Shown: positions 47,113 through 57,675, numbered from the stretch's first letter. The stretch is DNA of 64,000 nt from Methanosarcinales archaeon (GCA_026016205.1 CP061209.1:117469-181468), one strand, 5' to 3'. Numbers and translations: made by a program. The notes: a model not told the origin generated them from the sequence alone.

Positions 47113-48639
47113 ATGACTTTATATCAAAGCAAGCTTCCGATTGGGTTGCCCAAGAAAACAACCTCTATCTGTCCCAAGTGTCGCAAAGTCATAGGAGCAG
47201 ACATCTTTGAGCGGGATGGTGCTGTCTGGATATCCAAGGAATGCCCTGTTCACGGGCATTTTGAGGGCATTTACTGGTCAGACGTTGACATGTATCTAAG
47301 GGCAGAGAAGTACGCATACGACGGCAGGGGCGTTCAGAATCCACGGGTTGCAGCTGCCTCTTCCTGCCCGGATGACTGTGGCCTCTGCAACCTTCACCTG
47401 AGCTCAACGTGTTTGGCAAACATCGACGTGACCAACAGGTGCAATCTATCCTGTGATTTTTGCTTCGCTAATGCTAACGTGCGAGAGTATGTGTATGAAC
47501 CGTCGTTGGAGCAGATAAGGGAGATGATGTCTGTCTTAAGGGACGAACGACCGGTGCCTACCATGGCGATTCAGTTCTCTGGCGGAGAACCAACGCTCAG
47601 AGAAGACCTCCCTGCTCTAATCAAAATGGCCAAGGAAATGGGCTTCTTGCAGGTGCAGATAGCGACCAACGGCATCAAGCTCGGAAGTGAGCCAGAGTTG
47701 GCCCAGACGTTGAGAGACGCCGGGCTGAGCACGGTTTACCTGCACTTTGATGGGATATCTAAAAAGACGGAACCCTTGCTGGAGGTTAGAAAGAAGGCGA
47801 TTGAAAATTGTAGAAAGGCAAAGCAAGGTGTTGTTCTTGTTCCAACCATTGTCAACGGCGTTAACGACCATGAAATAGGGGATACTATCCGTTTTGCGGC
47901 AGAGAACATCGATGTGATACGGGGTGTTAATTTCCAGCCTATTGCATTCACGGGTGCAGCACCTGCCGAGGACATAAAACGGCAGAGGTTTACAATTCCC
48001 GACCTTGCGGATAGAATAGAAAAGCAAACGAACGGAACAATCAAAAAGACCGATCTCTATCCGGTTCCATGCATCGTATCACTATCCAAACTGGTTGAGG
48101 TATATACGAAAGAACCACAGGTCGAGTTCAGTGCCCATCCTCATTGTGGCGTTGCGACATACGCGTTTGTGAGTGACGGCAATATCATTCCCATCAATCG
48201 ATTCGTGGACGTGGACCAATTCTTTTCATCAGTTGACGAGACTGTAGGCCTCTTAAACTCTCCCAGCAGACTCACCAGGGTTCGAGCTACGCTGAAGGGG
48301 TTGAAGGCGTTGAATAAGTGCATACATGAGGACAAACAACCCAAGAATGTGAACCTCAAGTCCATCCTCAAGCAAGTGCTGAAGAAACAGGACTATCTAT
48401 CCTTGAGCAAGTTTCACTGGAATGCGCTGTTCATAGGGTCAATGCACTTTCAGGATGCCTACAACTACGATATTGAGCGGGTGAAAAGATGCGTAATTCA
48501 TTATGTAACGCCTGACCCAGAGCGAAGGATAATACCATTCTGCGCCTATAATTCAGGCCCAACCTTTAGAAACGAAATCGAACAGAAATACAGCATTCCT
48601 CTGGATGAATGGGAAAGGCAGCACGGCAAGGTGAAATGA
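47113..48639 (+). CDS. tes: tetraether lipid synthase (Tes/GDGT-MAS), radical SAM
   Basis: N-terminal CP.C...C..HG, CP.DCGLC..H, NRCNL.C.FCFANA, HPHCG, RC.IHY, PFC.YN. Confidence 0.85.
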   Translation: MTLYQSKLPIGLPKKTTSICPKCRKVIGADIFERDGAVWISKECPVHGHFEGIYWSDVDMYLRAEKYAYDGRGVQNPRVAAASSCPDDCGLCNLHLSSTCLANIDVTNRCNLSCDFCFANANVREYVYEPSLEQIREMMSVLRDERPVPTMAIQFSGGEPTLREDLPALIKMAKEMGFLQVQIATNGIKLGSEPELAQTLRDAGLSTVYLHFDGISKKTEPLLEVRKKAIENCRKAKQGVVLVPTIVNGVNDHEIGDTIRFAAENIDVIRGVNFQPIAFTGAAPAEDIKRQRFTIPDLADRIEKQTNGTIKKTDLYPVPCIVSLSKLVEVYTKEPQVEFSAHPHCGVATYAFVSDGNIIPINRFVDVDQFFSSVDETVGLLNSPSRLTRVRATLKGLKALNKCIHEDKQPKNVNLKSILKQVLKKQDYLSLSKFHWNALFIGSMHFQDAYNYDIERVKRCVIHYVTPDPERRIIPFCAYNSGPTFRNEIEQKYSIPLDEWERQHGKVK

Positions 48640-48640
48640 C

Positions 48641-49870
48641 TTGAAGTTAAGCGAAATAGACCCCGAGGTGGCAAAAGCCATTGCAGATGAAAAGACGCGC
48701 GAACAATCTGGATTGCAGTTGATCGCTTCCGAGAATTTTGCGAGCGAAGCCGTGCTGGAGGCGCAGGGTTCTGTCATGACGAATAAGTACGCCGAAGGGT
48801 ATCCGTCGAGGAGATATTATGGCGGCTGCGAATACATGGATATAGTGGAGAGTTTAGCCATAGAGCGGGCGAAGAAACTTTTCGGTGCCGAGCATGCGAA
48901 CGTTCAGCCTCATGCAGGGGCGCTGGCCAATATGGCCGTGTATTTTGCTATATTAGACGCGGGCGATACCATTATGGGCATGGAGCTTTCCCACGGTGGA
49001 CATTTGACGCACGGCTGTCCCGTGAACTTCTCTGGGAAATTCTACAACGCCGTTTCGTATGGTGTAGATAGAGAGACGCAGAGAATCGACTATGATCAAG
49101 TAAGAAAGTTAGCGAAGGAGCACAAGCCCAAACTTATCATAGCGGGAGCCAGCGCGTATCCAAGGGAGATTGATTTTGCTGAATTCAGGAAAATTGCCGA
49201 CGAAGTTGGCGCATACCTGATGGTGGATATGGCTCATATCGCCGGGTTGATAGCTGCTGGGCTGCATCAAAATCCTGTGCCGCACTCGCATTTCGTCACG
49301 AGCACGACGCACAAAACACTGCGTGGAGCAAGAGGGGGCTTTATTCTCTGCAAGGAGGAGTTCGCCAAGGCCATTGATAAAACCGTATTTCCAGGCATCC
49401 AGGGAGGTCCACTGATGCACGCCATCGCCGCTAAAGCAGTGACGTTCAAGCAGGCGATGACACCCTCTTTTAAGGAATATCAAAAACAGGTTGTCAAGAA
49501 CGCCAAGGTGCTGGCCGAGGCGCTGGTGGAGCGTGGATTCACTCTTGTATCAGGTGGAACTGACAACCACCTGCTATTGATCGACCTAACCGATAAGGGA
49601 ATTACAGGCAAGGAGGCAGAGGTGGCATTAGGCGAGGTAGGCATCGTCATCAACAAGAATACCATTCCTTTTGATACTCTCAGCCCATTCGTCACCTCTG
49701 GCATACGAATAGGCACGCCTGCCGTTACCACAAGCGGGATGAAAGAGGGCGAGATGAGGCAAATAGCAGACATGGTTAGCCTAACCCTCCTCAACATCGA
49801 TGATAATGCTACGAGGAACCGGGTTAAAAAAGAGGTGGCAGAACTGTGCAACAAATTCCCACTGTACTGA
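48641..49870 (+). CDS. glyA: serine hydroxymethyltransferase (bacterial-like)
   Basis: [34 protein letters not shown]. Confidence 0.96.
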   Translation: MKLSEIDPEVAKAIADEKTREQSGLQLIASENFASEAVLEAQGSVMTNKYAEGYPSRRYYGGCEYMDIVESLAIERAKKLFGAEHANVQPHAGALANMAVYFAILDAGDTIMGMELSHGGHLTHGCPVNFSGKFYNAVSYGVDRETQRIDYDQVRKLAKEHKPKLIIAGASAYPREIDFAEFRKIADEVGAYLMVDMAHIAGLIAAGLHQNPVPHSHFVTSTTHKTLRGARGGFILCKEEFAKAIDKTVFPGIQGGPLMHAIAAKAVTFKQAMTPSFKEYQKQVVKNAKVLAEALVERGFTLVSGGTDNHLLLIDLTDKGITGKEAEVALGEVGIVINKNTIPFDTLSPFVTSGIRIGTPAVTTSGMKEGEMRQIADMVSLTLLNIDDNATRNRVKKEVAELCNKFPLY

Positions 49871-49880
49871 GGGATTTACC

Positions 49881-50723
49881 ATGATTATTGACGGTACTCA
49901 AATTGCTGCCAGTATTCAGAAAGAGTTAATTCATGACGTCAAACGATTAAAGGATGAGCATCATTTGACTCCAGGACTGGCCACTATTTTGGTCGGTGAT
50001 GATTCCGCCTCCCGGGTATATGTATTGATGAAGAAGAAGGCGTGTGAAAAAATTGGCATTTATTACGAGGAGCACACTTTTCCGGGAGATGCTAAAGAGG
50101 AAGAAATAGTTCGCCTTATTCAACGATTAAATCAGGACGAGAGAATTCATGGAATCCTGGTGCAGCTACCCCTTCCGTCTCACCTAGACGAGCCCTCGGT
50201 ATTGTGCAGCATCACCCCTCAGAAAGACGTGGATGGATTTCATCCTGTTAACATGGGCAAGTTACTAACTGGCGACGAGGGTATGGCGCCATGCACTCCT
50301 TCAGGCATCATAACGCTGTTGGAGAAGATGGGCATTGAAGTCGCAGGCAAGCGCGCCGTCGTTGTGGGACGGAGCAACATCGTTGGCAAGCCTGTAGCAC
50401 TAATGCTCCTGAACAGGGATGCGACGGTCACGATTTGCCACTCAAAGACGAAGGATTTGGGGCGATACACCATGCAGGCAGATATCCTGGTCGTCGCCAT
50501 CGGGCGTGCAAAATTTATAACCGAAGACATGGTGAAGGAGGGCGTAGCAGTCATCGATGTCGGGATCAATAGAGTCGGCGGCAAACTGTGCGGCGATGTC
50601 GACTTTGAGCGCGTGAAGAAAAAGGCATCCGCCATAACGCCCGTGCCAGGGGGAGTGGGCCCCATGACAGTTGCCATGCTCATGAAAAATACTGTAACTG
50701 CAGCCAAGAACACGCTGAAGTAG
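49881..50723 (+). CDS. folD: methylene-THF dehydrogenase/cyclohydrolase
   Basis: KDVDGFHP, PCTP, GRSNIVGKP, PVPGGVGPMT. Confidence 0.96.
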   Translation: MIIDGTQIAASIQKELIHDVKRLKDEHHLTPGLATILVGDDSASRVYVLMKKKACEKIGIYYEEHTFPGDAKEEEIVRLIQRLNQDERIHGILVQLPLPSHLDEPSVLCSITPQKDVDGFHPVNMGKLLTGDEGMAPCTPSGIITLLEKMGIEVAGKRAVVVGRSNIVGKPVALMLLNRDATVTICHSKTKDLGRYTMQADILVVAIGRAKFITEDMVKEGVAVIDVGINRVGGKLCGDVDFERVKKKASAITPVPGGVGPMTVAMLMKNTVTAAKNTLK

Positions 50724-50733
50724 GTCGATTTTC

Positions 50734-51339
50734 TTGCGCAAGATAAACATAGCCATTTTAACATCAAATACGGCAGGGAATTTGCAGTCCATCATCGAGC
50801 ACATGGAGAGAGGCACGCTGAACGTTAACATTTCCGTGATAATCGGCGATAATTCCAATTCACCGGGTCTAAAAATCGCCAGGGAGCATGACGTTGAGAG
50901 CATATGCATACCATATGAAGGCAATAGAGGGGGGCACGAGAAAGAAATTCTTTCATGTTTAAAGGAGCATGCCGTTGATTTAGTCATACTTGACGGCTAT
51001 ATGCGAATATTCTCGCCATCTTTTGTGAGAACTTATAAGAATAGAATTATGAATGTCCATCCATCGTTGTTGCCATCCTTCTCTGGCAGGAATGCATGGG
51101 AGCAGGCGCTGGACCACGGCGTCAAGGTTTCTGGGTGCACGATTCACTTCGCGGACGAGGGCATCGACACAGGTCCAATAATCTTGCAGGCTCCTGTTCA
51201 AGTCAGGGAAGATGACACTGTGGAGACGCTCAAGGAGCGGATTTTAGTTGAGGAAAAAAAACTTTACCCCGAGGCGATTAGACTCTTTGTGGAAGGTCGA
51301 CTAAAAGTAGAAGGGAGAAACGTCAAAATCAAGCATTGA
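50734..51339 (+). CDS. purN: phosphoribosylglycinamide formyltransferase
   Basis: GYMRI, NVHPSLLPSF.G, GCTIHF, DTGPII. Confidence 0.93.
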   Translation: MRKINIAILTSNTAGNLQSIIEHMERGTLNVNISVIIGDNSNSPGLKIAREHDVESICIPYEGNRGGHEKEILSCLKEHAVDLVILDGYMRIFSPSFVRTYKNRIMNVHPSLLPSFSGRNAWEQALDHGVKVSGCTIHFADEGIDTGPIILQAPVQVREDDTVETLKERILVEEKKLYPEAIRLFVEGRLKVEGRNVKIKH

Positions 51340-51613
51340 GCATCTTCTTCTTGCGGAGTATGCCCAAGGTTATCACTACTCCTGAAAGCAGGACCCATGT
51401 GACAATGTCCATGAGCAAACCATGCCAGATTATCTCTTTGGTGGCGCTAGGATAGACGACCTGCTTCAGCCATGCAAAGGGAACGCCCCAGTAAGATACG
51501 CCGATTAGGTTCAAAAATGGCGTTCGACAAAACCCCGTGAAAGTTGCCATAATAACCCCGACCACGGTCGACCATACGACTATCTCACAAACAGCTGTTC
51601 TAGTTATCTTCAT
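51329..51613 (-). CDS. small membrane protein
   Basis: Two hydrophobic segments and a WGVPFAW motif. Confidence 0.55.
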   Translation of the reverse strand: MKITRTAVCEIVVWSTVVGVIMATFTGFCRTPFLNLIGVSYWGVPFAWLKQVVYPSATKEIIWHGLLMDIVTWVLLSGVVITLGILRKKKMLNA

Positions 51614-51746
51614 GGTGAATGTTTATCTTGGTATTTTTACACATTTAAAGATATTGTTGCCCTCAAAGTTCTGCGCGAGGAGTTGCAACATCGAAGCGGG
51701 CGAAATACCAAATTTTAAGAGATGTCACATAGTTATAAAATATGAC

Positions 51747-52988
51747 ATGAAAGCGCAAATTGAGAACGCCGTTCAGGGCACGATTACGAAGGAAATGAGG
51801 CACGTCGCGCTCGAAGAAGGTGTCGATGTGGAAATCATACGGCAACGTGTAGCCAATGGTCAAATTGTCATCATGGGCCATCGACATCCCGTTGGCATTG
51901 GCAGAGGGCTCAGGACGAAGATCAACGCAAACATCGGCACATCCTCGGTGGCAGTTGATTCAGAGCTCGAGGCACAAAAGGCGGTTATCGCCGTGAAATA
52001 CGGTGCAGATACTATATCAGATCTCTCGATGGGCGGTGATATTGTCCAGATAAGGCGAAGTATCTTACAGGCAGTTCCCGTACCACTGACGACGGTGCCG
52101 ATATATCAAACCGTGGCAGAACACGGTTCAGTTTGTCCCATAACCCAGGAAGACATCATCGAAACCATTCGAAAACAGGTGAAGGAGGGAGTGAGCTCAG
52201 TGGTCATACATGCTGGTCTCACGTTAGAGATGCTATCGATGCTGAGAGAGGCGCAGCGCGTCATGGGAATAGTCTCCAAAGGAGGGTCGCTCACCTCAGC
52301 ATGGATGATCGAGCACGAGAGCGAGAATCCGTTCTTGGAGAACTTCGATGAGATACTTGAGATTTTGCGTGCCAAGGATACGGTACTTTCATTGGGAAAT
52401 GCGATGAGGAGCGGGTGCATACATGATAGGAGGGACAATCCACAACTCCTGGAGATTCGCAAAAATGCAGTTCTTGCAGAACAGGCAAACAAGGCAGGTG
52501 TTCAGGCAATCGTTGAAGGCATGGGCGGTCACGTCTGGGTCGGTGACATTGAAAAGTATGTCAGGTATCACAAGGATGTCATCGATAACCGACCGCTTTT
52601 TGTTGCTGGGCCATTGCCCATTGATGTCGCGGTGGGCTACGATCACATCGCTGCCTGCGTTGGCGCCAGTCTCGCAAGTGGAGCCGGCGCCGATTACCTC
52701 TGCGCTGTAACGCCATCCGAGCACCTTGCCCTGCCAAATCTCAATCAGGTTAAGGTGGGCGTGATCGCTTTTCGCATCGCCGCTCACATTGGCGACTCTA
52801 TAAAATATGGTCCATCTGATAAAGATCTCGAGCTGGCCAGGATGCGTCGCAGTCGTGATTGGGAAGGTCAGTTCGAACTCGCTCTCGATGGAGAACGGGC
52901 GCGAGAAATACATCCTCCGATCAAAGGATGCACGATGTGCGGAGAATACTGTGCTCTGGAGTTCATGGATCGGTACCTTGGAGGTTGA
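51747..52988 (+). CDS. divergent ThiC/BzaAB-family radical SAM protein
   Basis: TKINANIGTS, DLS.GG, GYDHI, VTP.EHL and CTMCG..C present; several ThiC motifs are altered. Confidence 0.8.
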   Translation: MKAQIENAVQGTITKEMRHVALEEGVDVEIIRQRVANGQIVIMGHRHPVGIGRGLRTKINANIGTSSVAVDSELEAQKAVIAVKYGADTISDLSMGGDIVQIRRSILQAVPVPLTTVPIYQTVAEHGSVCPITQEDIIETIRKQVKEGVSSVVIHAGLTLEMLSMLREAQRVMGIVSKGGSLTSAWMIEHESENPFLENFDEILEILRAKDTVLSLGNAMRSGCIHDRRDNPQLLEIRKNAVLAEQANKAGVQAIVEGMGGHVWVGDIEKYVRYHKDVIDNRPLFVAGPLPIDVAVGYDHIAACVGASLASGAGADYLCAVTPSEHLALPNLNQVKVGVIAFRIAAHIGDSIKYGPSDKDLELARMRRSRDWEGQFELALDGERAREIHPPIKGCTMCGEYCALEFMDRYLGG

Positions 52989-52995
52989 TTTGTAA

Positions 52996-53937
52996 ATGTC
53001 AGAAAAACAACGTTTGAATTTGGACTTCGAAAAAGTTCAGGACCTGCGCTACGGTGAAAATCCACATCAAAAAGCTGCTCTGTATCGCGACCCCGCATTT
53101 AGTGGCGCATGTGTTGTCAATGCTACCCAACTTCATGGAAAGGAGTTGTCGTTCAACAACATTGTTGATTTGGATGCTGCCCTCGAGTTTGTGAAAGAAT
53201 TTGAAAAGCCCGTGGTCGCAATCATCAAACATACCAATCCGTGTGGTGTTGCGTGCGGCGAAACAGTTTTAGAGGCATATCAAAAGGCACACGCATGCGA
53301 CCCACTCTCTGCGTTTGGCGGCATCGTTGCGCTGAACCGGGAATGTGACGCCGAAACCGCAAAAGAAATCACGTCGACATTCAAGGAGGCGGTAATCGCT
53401 CCCTGTTATGAGGGGGCAGCCCTGGAAATTTTGAAACAGAAGAAGAATTTGAGGCTGTTGGAGATAGGCCCCCTCAGCAAAACATCTGAACTGGATATGA
53501 AAAAGATTGTGGGAGGATTATTGGTTCAAGATAGGGACACGATGGATATTGGCGATTTGAAAACTGTGACCAAGAGGGCGCCAGATAAGGAAGAAACGGA
53601 TGCCATGCTCTTCGCATGGAAAGTCGCCAAGCACGTGAAATCCAATGCAATCGTCCTTGCCAGAGATGAGCAAACGGTTGGTGTTGGCGCGGGGCAGATG
53701 AGTCGAGTGGATACTGTCGAGATGGCTGTGAGAAAGGCAGGAGAACGGTCTAAAGGCGCTAGTCTGGCTTCGGACGCCTTCTTTCCATTCAGGGATGCGA
53801 TAGACGCAGCCTCTCAAGCAGGAATCACGGCCATCATCCAACCGGGCGGCTCTATCAGAGATGATGAAGTGGTCAGGGCGGCAGATGAACACAATATAGC
53901 GATGGTCTTTACTGGAGTACGACACTTCAGGCATTAG
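52996..53937 (+). CDS. purH: AICAR transformylase (PurH C-terminal domain only)
   Basis: [40 protein letters not shown]; no N-terminal IMP cyclohydrolase domain. Confidence 0.9.
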   Translation: MSEKQRLNLDFEKVQDLRYGENPHQKAALYRDPAFSGACVVNATQLHGKELSFNNIVDLDAALEFVKEFEKPVVAIIKHTNPCGVACGETVLEAYQKAHACDPLSAFGGIVALNRECDAETAKEITSTFKEAVIAPCYEGAALEILKQKKNLRLLEIGPLSKTSELDMKKIVGGLLVQDRDTMDIGDLKTVTKRAPDKEETDAMLFAWKVAKHVKSNAIVLARDEQTVGVGAGQMSRVDTVEMAVRKAGERSKGASLASDAFFPFRDAIDAASQAGITAIIQPGGSIRDDEVVRAADEHNIAMVFTGVRHFRH

Positions 53938-53945
53938 GTGATGTC

Positions 53946-55178
53946 ATGTTGCCCATTGATACCGAGATTGCTGGCATAAAAATAGGCGACCCCCATCCTA
54001 CCAGGCTCATGGGTATAATCAATCTAAGCGAGGAATCATTTTACAAGGGTTCGATTGTTCGCGCTGAGCATGTTGCGGAGGCGGCGATTAAAATGGTCGA
54101 AGGGGGCGCTGATATGCTTGACATCGGCGCGCGCTCCACCGCTCCGGGCGTGAACCCCATCTCGATAGAGGAGGAAGAGAAACGACTTTTGCCTGCCTTA
54201 AAAGATGTTTTGGGCGCAGTTGACGTGCCGGTTTCAGTTGATACGCAATACGCGGGCATTGCTGAAAAAGCGCTTAGGTTAGGCGCACACATCATCAATG
54301 ACATCAGCGGGCTGAAAACGGACTCCAACATGGCGAGCATCGTATCTGATTTTGATGTGCCGGTTGTATTGATGGCATCCAAGAAAAAACCAGGCGACTG
54401 TCTCACTTTCCAGGACATTAAAACAGCGTTAAGTGAAAGCATTACCTTGGCTGAAAAGAGCGGAATAGACAAAATCATCATCGACCCTGGCATTGGCAGA
54501 TGGGTTCCTGAAAAAACATACGAGTTTAATCTGGCAATCGTAAGCGATTTTGAAAGATTCAGGGCACTTGGAAAACCGGTTTTAGTTGCCATATCGCGCA
54601 AGTCATTCATCGGTGATGTTCTCGGCATAGAAAATCCAGCAGACCGACTGGCTGGAACCCTTGCCTGCACAGCAATAGCCGTGTACAAAGGCGCGCACAT
54701 CATACGAACGCATGATGTGGAGGAAACTATGGGCATAATCCGAATGTCAGAATCCATTAAGGGCAAACCAATCACAGGGGAAAAGGAAAATTATCGAGCA
54801 TCTGTGGTTGATTACGTGAAAAAGCCGAAAGATTCTATCGAACTGATGAAATCGCTCAATGTGACTGGAGCTGGTGCAGAAATTATGAAAGACAAAGCAG
54901 TCTCCAAACTGATACTTCTCCAAAACGTCGCTGCACCAGAGGCGTTAATCATCAAGCAGGAAATGCTGGCAAGAGGAGGAGATGCAGCCACGTCAAGGGA
55001 GGCGATACTGGGAGCGAAGAATCCAGTGGACGTCCTCATCATCGGCACGGTGGCGCAGATCCAGAGTCTGATTCAAAAATTGAGAATGCAGGCGCTCAAC
55101 CTACCTAAAATCAGCGATTTGCTGGAAGAGTTGCTTGAAAAAGAGGATGATGTAGGGTATCGTTATTCGCGAGGGTGA
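53946..55178 (+). CDS. folP: dihydropteroate synthase with C-terminal extra domain
   Basis: MGIINLS.ESF, DIGARST, SVDT, DPGIG, SRKSF, RTHDV; tail with KQEMLARGGDAA. Confidence 0.9.
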   Translation: MLPIDTEIAGIKIGDPHPTRLMGIINLSEESFYKGSIVRAEHVAEAAIKMVEGGADMLDIGARSTAPGVNPISIEEEEKRLLPALKDVLGAVDVPVSVDTQYAGIAEKALRLGAHIINDISGLKTDSNMASIVSDFDVPVVLMASKKKPGDCLTFQDIKTALSESITLAEKSGIDKIIIDPGIGRWVPEKTYEFNLAIVSDFERFRALGKPVLVAISRKSFIGDVLGIENPADRLAGTLACTAIAVYKGAHIIRTHDVEETMGIIRMSESIKGKPITGEKENYRASVVDYVKKPKDSIELMKSLNVTGAGAEIMKDKAVSKLILLQNVAAPEALIIKQEMLARGGDAATSREAILGAKNPVDVLIIGTVAQIQSLIQKLRMQALNLPKISDLLEELLEKEDDVGYRYSRG

Positions 55179-55224
55179 TCTTGTAGCGTCATGCTTGAAG
55201 TCGGCCCACAACTCTTAAGTAGTT

Positions 55225-55282
55225 TGTTGTAAAAATACAACATATGTTGTGAAAAAGCAACAAGTGTTACAAAAATGCAACT
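55225..55282. promoter_or_regulatory. three tandem 18-bp palindromic operators
   Basis: TGTTGTAAAAATACAACA, TGTTGTGAAAAAGCAACA and TGTTACAAAAATGCAACT at a 20-bp period; the third overlaps the ATG at 55275. Confidence 0.75.
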
Positions 55283-55871
55283 AATAGAAAATTTACTGGG
55301 CAGCAAGACGAAGATTAAAGTATTGAGAAAGTTTGTCCAGAACAGAGACTGGACGTTTAATCTGACAGAGTTATCCAAAGATCTGGACATCAATAAGGGC
55401 AACTTGAGCAGGGTTTTAGGCGATTTCGAAAAGGAGAAAATAGTGAGCGTTGTGAGAAAGGGTAGAATAAAACTATTCAAGCTGGATTTGAATGACAAAT
55501 TTGTGAAGGATCTATTGATACCCCTTTTTGAACTGGAGGAAAGAATTTTCCAGAGTGTAGAAGAAAGGTTAAAAACCATCGATGCCGAATCTACGGTTTT
55601 GTATGGATCTTTTGCTAGAAAAGAGGCCAGGCCATGTTCTGATATCGATGTAATGGTTTTGGTTAGGGATAAAAAAGATGTTGGGCGGATGGCGAAAAAG
55701 GTTGAAAAGCTCTCAGAGGAATTTCTGGAAGAGAATTTAATTCTTTTTGTCGATGTGATGGCCGTTTCAGAATTTAAAAAGTTGTACGAGCGGGATGAAC
55801 CCTTAATCAAAAAGATCGTCAAAGAGGGAAAAGTTTTGTCTGGAAAGGATACACTAGAGGTGATCAGGTGA
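55275..55871 (+). CDS. wHTH-MNT nucleotidyltransferase antitoxin
   Basis: N-terminal HTH (LTELSKDLDINKGNLSRVL) plus LYGSFAR.....SDIDV. Confidence 0.85.
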   Translation: MQLIENLLGSKTKIKVLRKFVQNRDWTFNLTELSKDLDINKGNLSRVLGDFEKEKIVSVVRKGRIKLFKLDLNDKFVKDLLIPLFELEERIFQSVEERLKTIDAESTVLYGSFARKEARPCSDIDVMVLVRDKKDVGRMAKKVEKLSEEFLEENLILFVDVMAVSEFKKLYERDEPLIKKIVKEGKVLSGKDTLEVIR

Positions 55872-56251
55872 GAATAGAATCAAAAGAAAATGCTTCACAA
55901 AGATTGAAGGATGCGTTGGAGTTCCTAAACTCTGCTATGGATAACTTGGACAAAAACAGATTTAAAGCGGCTCTGGTAGATGCCGCTGATGCTTCTATTG
56001 CTGCTAACGATGCGTTTACGATTTTTATGATAGAGCAAAAAGCTAGTACAGATCATTGGGAGGCAATCGCAATGCACAAAAAAGCGGGACAGAAGGTAAG
56101 TGAAAATAGAGTTGCGATATTAAAAAGGCTCATAGACTTCAGACATAAGAAGGGCTACAGATCTGTAAGTGTATCGAAATCGCTTGCCGCTCAATGTGTT
56201 GCGGATGCGACGAAATTCGTAAGATGGGTTCAAGAGAAAATGAGTTATTGA
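55868..56251 (+). CDS. HEPN domain protein
   Basis: A.EFL..A, DH..A, RHKKGY (Rx4Y); GTGA overlap with the MNT gene. Confidence 0.78.
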   Translation: MRIESKENASQRLKDALEFLNSAMDNLDKNRFKAALVDAADASIAANDAFTIFMIEQKASTDHWEAIAMHKKAGQKVSENRVAILKRLIDFRHKKGYRSVSVSKSLAAQCVADATKFVRWVQEKMSY

Positions 56252-56415
56252 TCTTTGTATTTTGCCATCCAACTCGTCTATATTCGATCTACATCTCTTT
56301 GAATACGGGCATCGCAGTACTCTCTCAGCCTGCAACTCATGCATCTTGCCTATATGCAGCGAAAGTATCCTCATATCAGAAATCATTTAAGGTCAGGCGA
56401 AGTAATTCGCAATAG

Positions 56416-57225
56416 GTGAAGGTCTTGGATCGCATGATTCTATATCCTCTCAAAACGCCCTTGATTAAGCCTGGTGACGATTTGATTGAGATATTGATGG
56501 GCACGCTGGAAAAAGAACGATTAAATCTTGAAAATGGAGACGTTATTGTCATCGCCGAGTCAGCAGTTGCTACTGCTCAAGGAAGGCTGCGTAAACTGGA
56601 TGACGTTGTTCCTTCTGATAAAGCGAGGAAAATGGCGGACAGGTACGAGATGGAGTCACGCATTGTTGAAATCATCCTGCAGGAGGCAGATGAGATTTTC
56701 GGCGGCATGAAGAAGATTTTACTGACGATTAAGAACGGCTGGTTTACCGCTAACGCGGGCGTGGATACATCTAATGCCCCCCCTGGCTATGTGGTGTTAC
56801 AGCCTGAGCGACCGGAAGAAACCGCGGAGCAAACCAAGAATGACATCGAAAAAAGATCAGGAAAAAAGATAGGAGTCATAATCGCCGACAGCAGGACCAT
56901 CCCGCTTAAAAAAGGTGTGATAGGTGTTGCGTTGGCGACAGCGGGCATAGAGTCGGTGGAAGATGTCAGGGGCAGGAAGGACTTGTTCGGAAGAAAATTG
57001 CAGGTGACATTCAGGGCAATAGCCGATGATATGGCGTCTGCTGCCCAACTCCTCATGGGGGAAGCTGATGAACAGACGCCAGCAGTTCTCATAAGGGGCG
57101 CTCCAGTCAAGTTGGCGAAAGAGCCAGCGGAGAAGATGAATATGTCTCCAGAGGAATGTTTGTATATGAATGTCTTCGCCTCACACCAAAACGTCAAGGC
57201 ACATGGCAAGAAAGATAGGAGTTAG
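56416..57225 (+). CDS. cofE: CofE-family gamma-glutamyl ligase
   Basis: PLIKPGDDL, ANAGVD.SN, I.DS, D.RG..DLFGR.L, D..A.AA...MGEA.E.TP. Confidence 0.85.
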   Translation: MKVLDRMILYPLKTPLIKPGDDLIEILMGTLEKERLNLENGDVIVIAESAVATAQGRLRKLDDVVPSDKARKMADRYEMESRIVEIILQEADEIFGGMKKILLTIKNGWFTANAGVDTSNAPPGYVVLQPERPEETAEQTKNDIEKRSGKKIGVIIADSRTIPLKKGVIGVALATAGIESVEDVRGRKDLFGRKLQVTFRAIADDMASAAQLLMGEADEQTPAVLIRGAPVKLAKEPAEKMNMSPEECLYMNVFASHQNVKAHGKKDRS

Positions 57226-57278
57226 GCGCAGTCTCTATATCGTTAGTTTAAATATGTATCATGAAGAATAAAATATAC

Positions 57279-57405
57279 AGCCCGGTGGTGTAGTGGTCAA
57301 TCATACAAGGCTCTGGACTAACCCTTTTCCTCGCTCTGCTCACAAAAGCGTTGACGGAAAAAGGGGAGATACCTTGTGACCGCGGTTCGAATCCGTGCCG
57401 GGCTA
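57279..57405 (+). tRNA. tRNA-Gln(CUG) with 54-nt intron (57317-57370) at position 37/38
   Basis: Acceptor AGCCCGG/CCGGGCT (A1-U72), anticodon stem CAAGG/CCTTG, TTCGAAT; BHB helix CTCT/GGAG with bulges GG^A and AT^A. Confidence 0.93.
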
Positions 57406-57418
57406 TTTCGGGGATAAA

Positions 57419-57658
57419 ATGACTGGACCTGCTGAGAGCAAGATTGAGTTGAAAAATGCGAGGGTGTATATCCACAAAAAGGATCCCAGCACCCGGTCCA
57501 GAATAATACACATCAACATCGAGCATCCAGATATCAACAAGGTCATAAAGCCCGGTGAAAGCACATTTTGTTCGGGCAAGGAAGGCGGAGTTTTTATTGG
57601 GCTAAAGAGCGAGATGCTTGAAAGGGCAAAAAAGTTTTTAGGCATTGAAGACTCCTAA
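57419..57658 (+). CDS. small hypothetical protein
   Basis: 79 aa, ATG 13 nt after the tRNA-Gln end, same strand as Lsm. Confidence 0.65.
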   Translation: MTGPAESKIELKNARVYIHKKDPSTRSRIIHINIEHPDINKVIKPGESTFCSGKEGGVFIGLKSEMLERAKKFLGIEDS

Positions 57659-57675
57659 GCAAGAGAGGATTTGTT

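Noticed and set aside
51640..51746. TPP riboswitch before the ThiC-like gene (a TGTTGC...GCAACA hairpin is present)
   Set aside because: No CUGAGA core; a single imperfect hairpin is not enough evidence.
56252..56415. Minus-strand CxxC-x5-C peptide suggesting a Cas4-like remnant
   Set aside because: Very short, directly preceded by a stop codon, with no other support.
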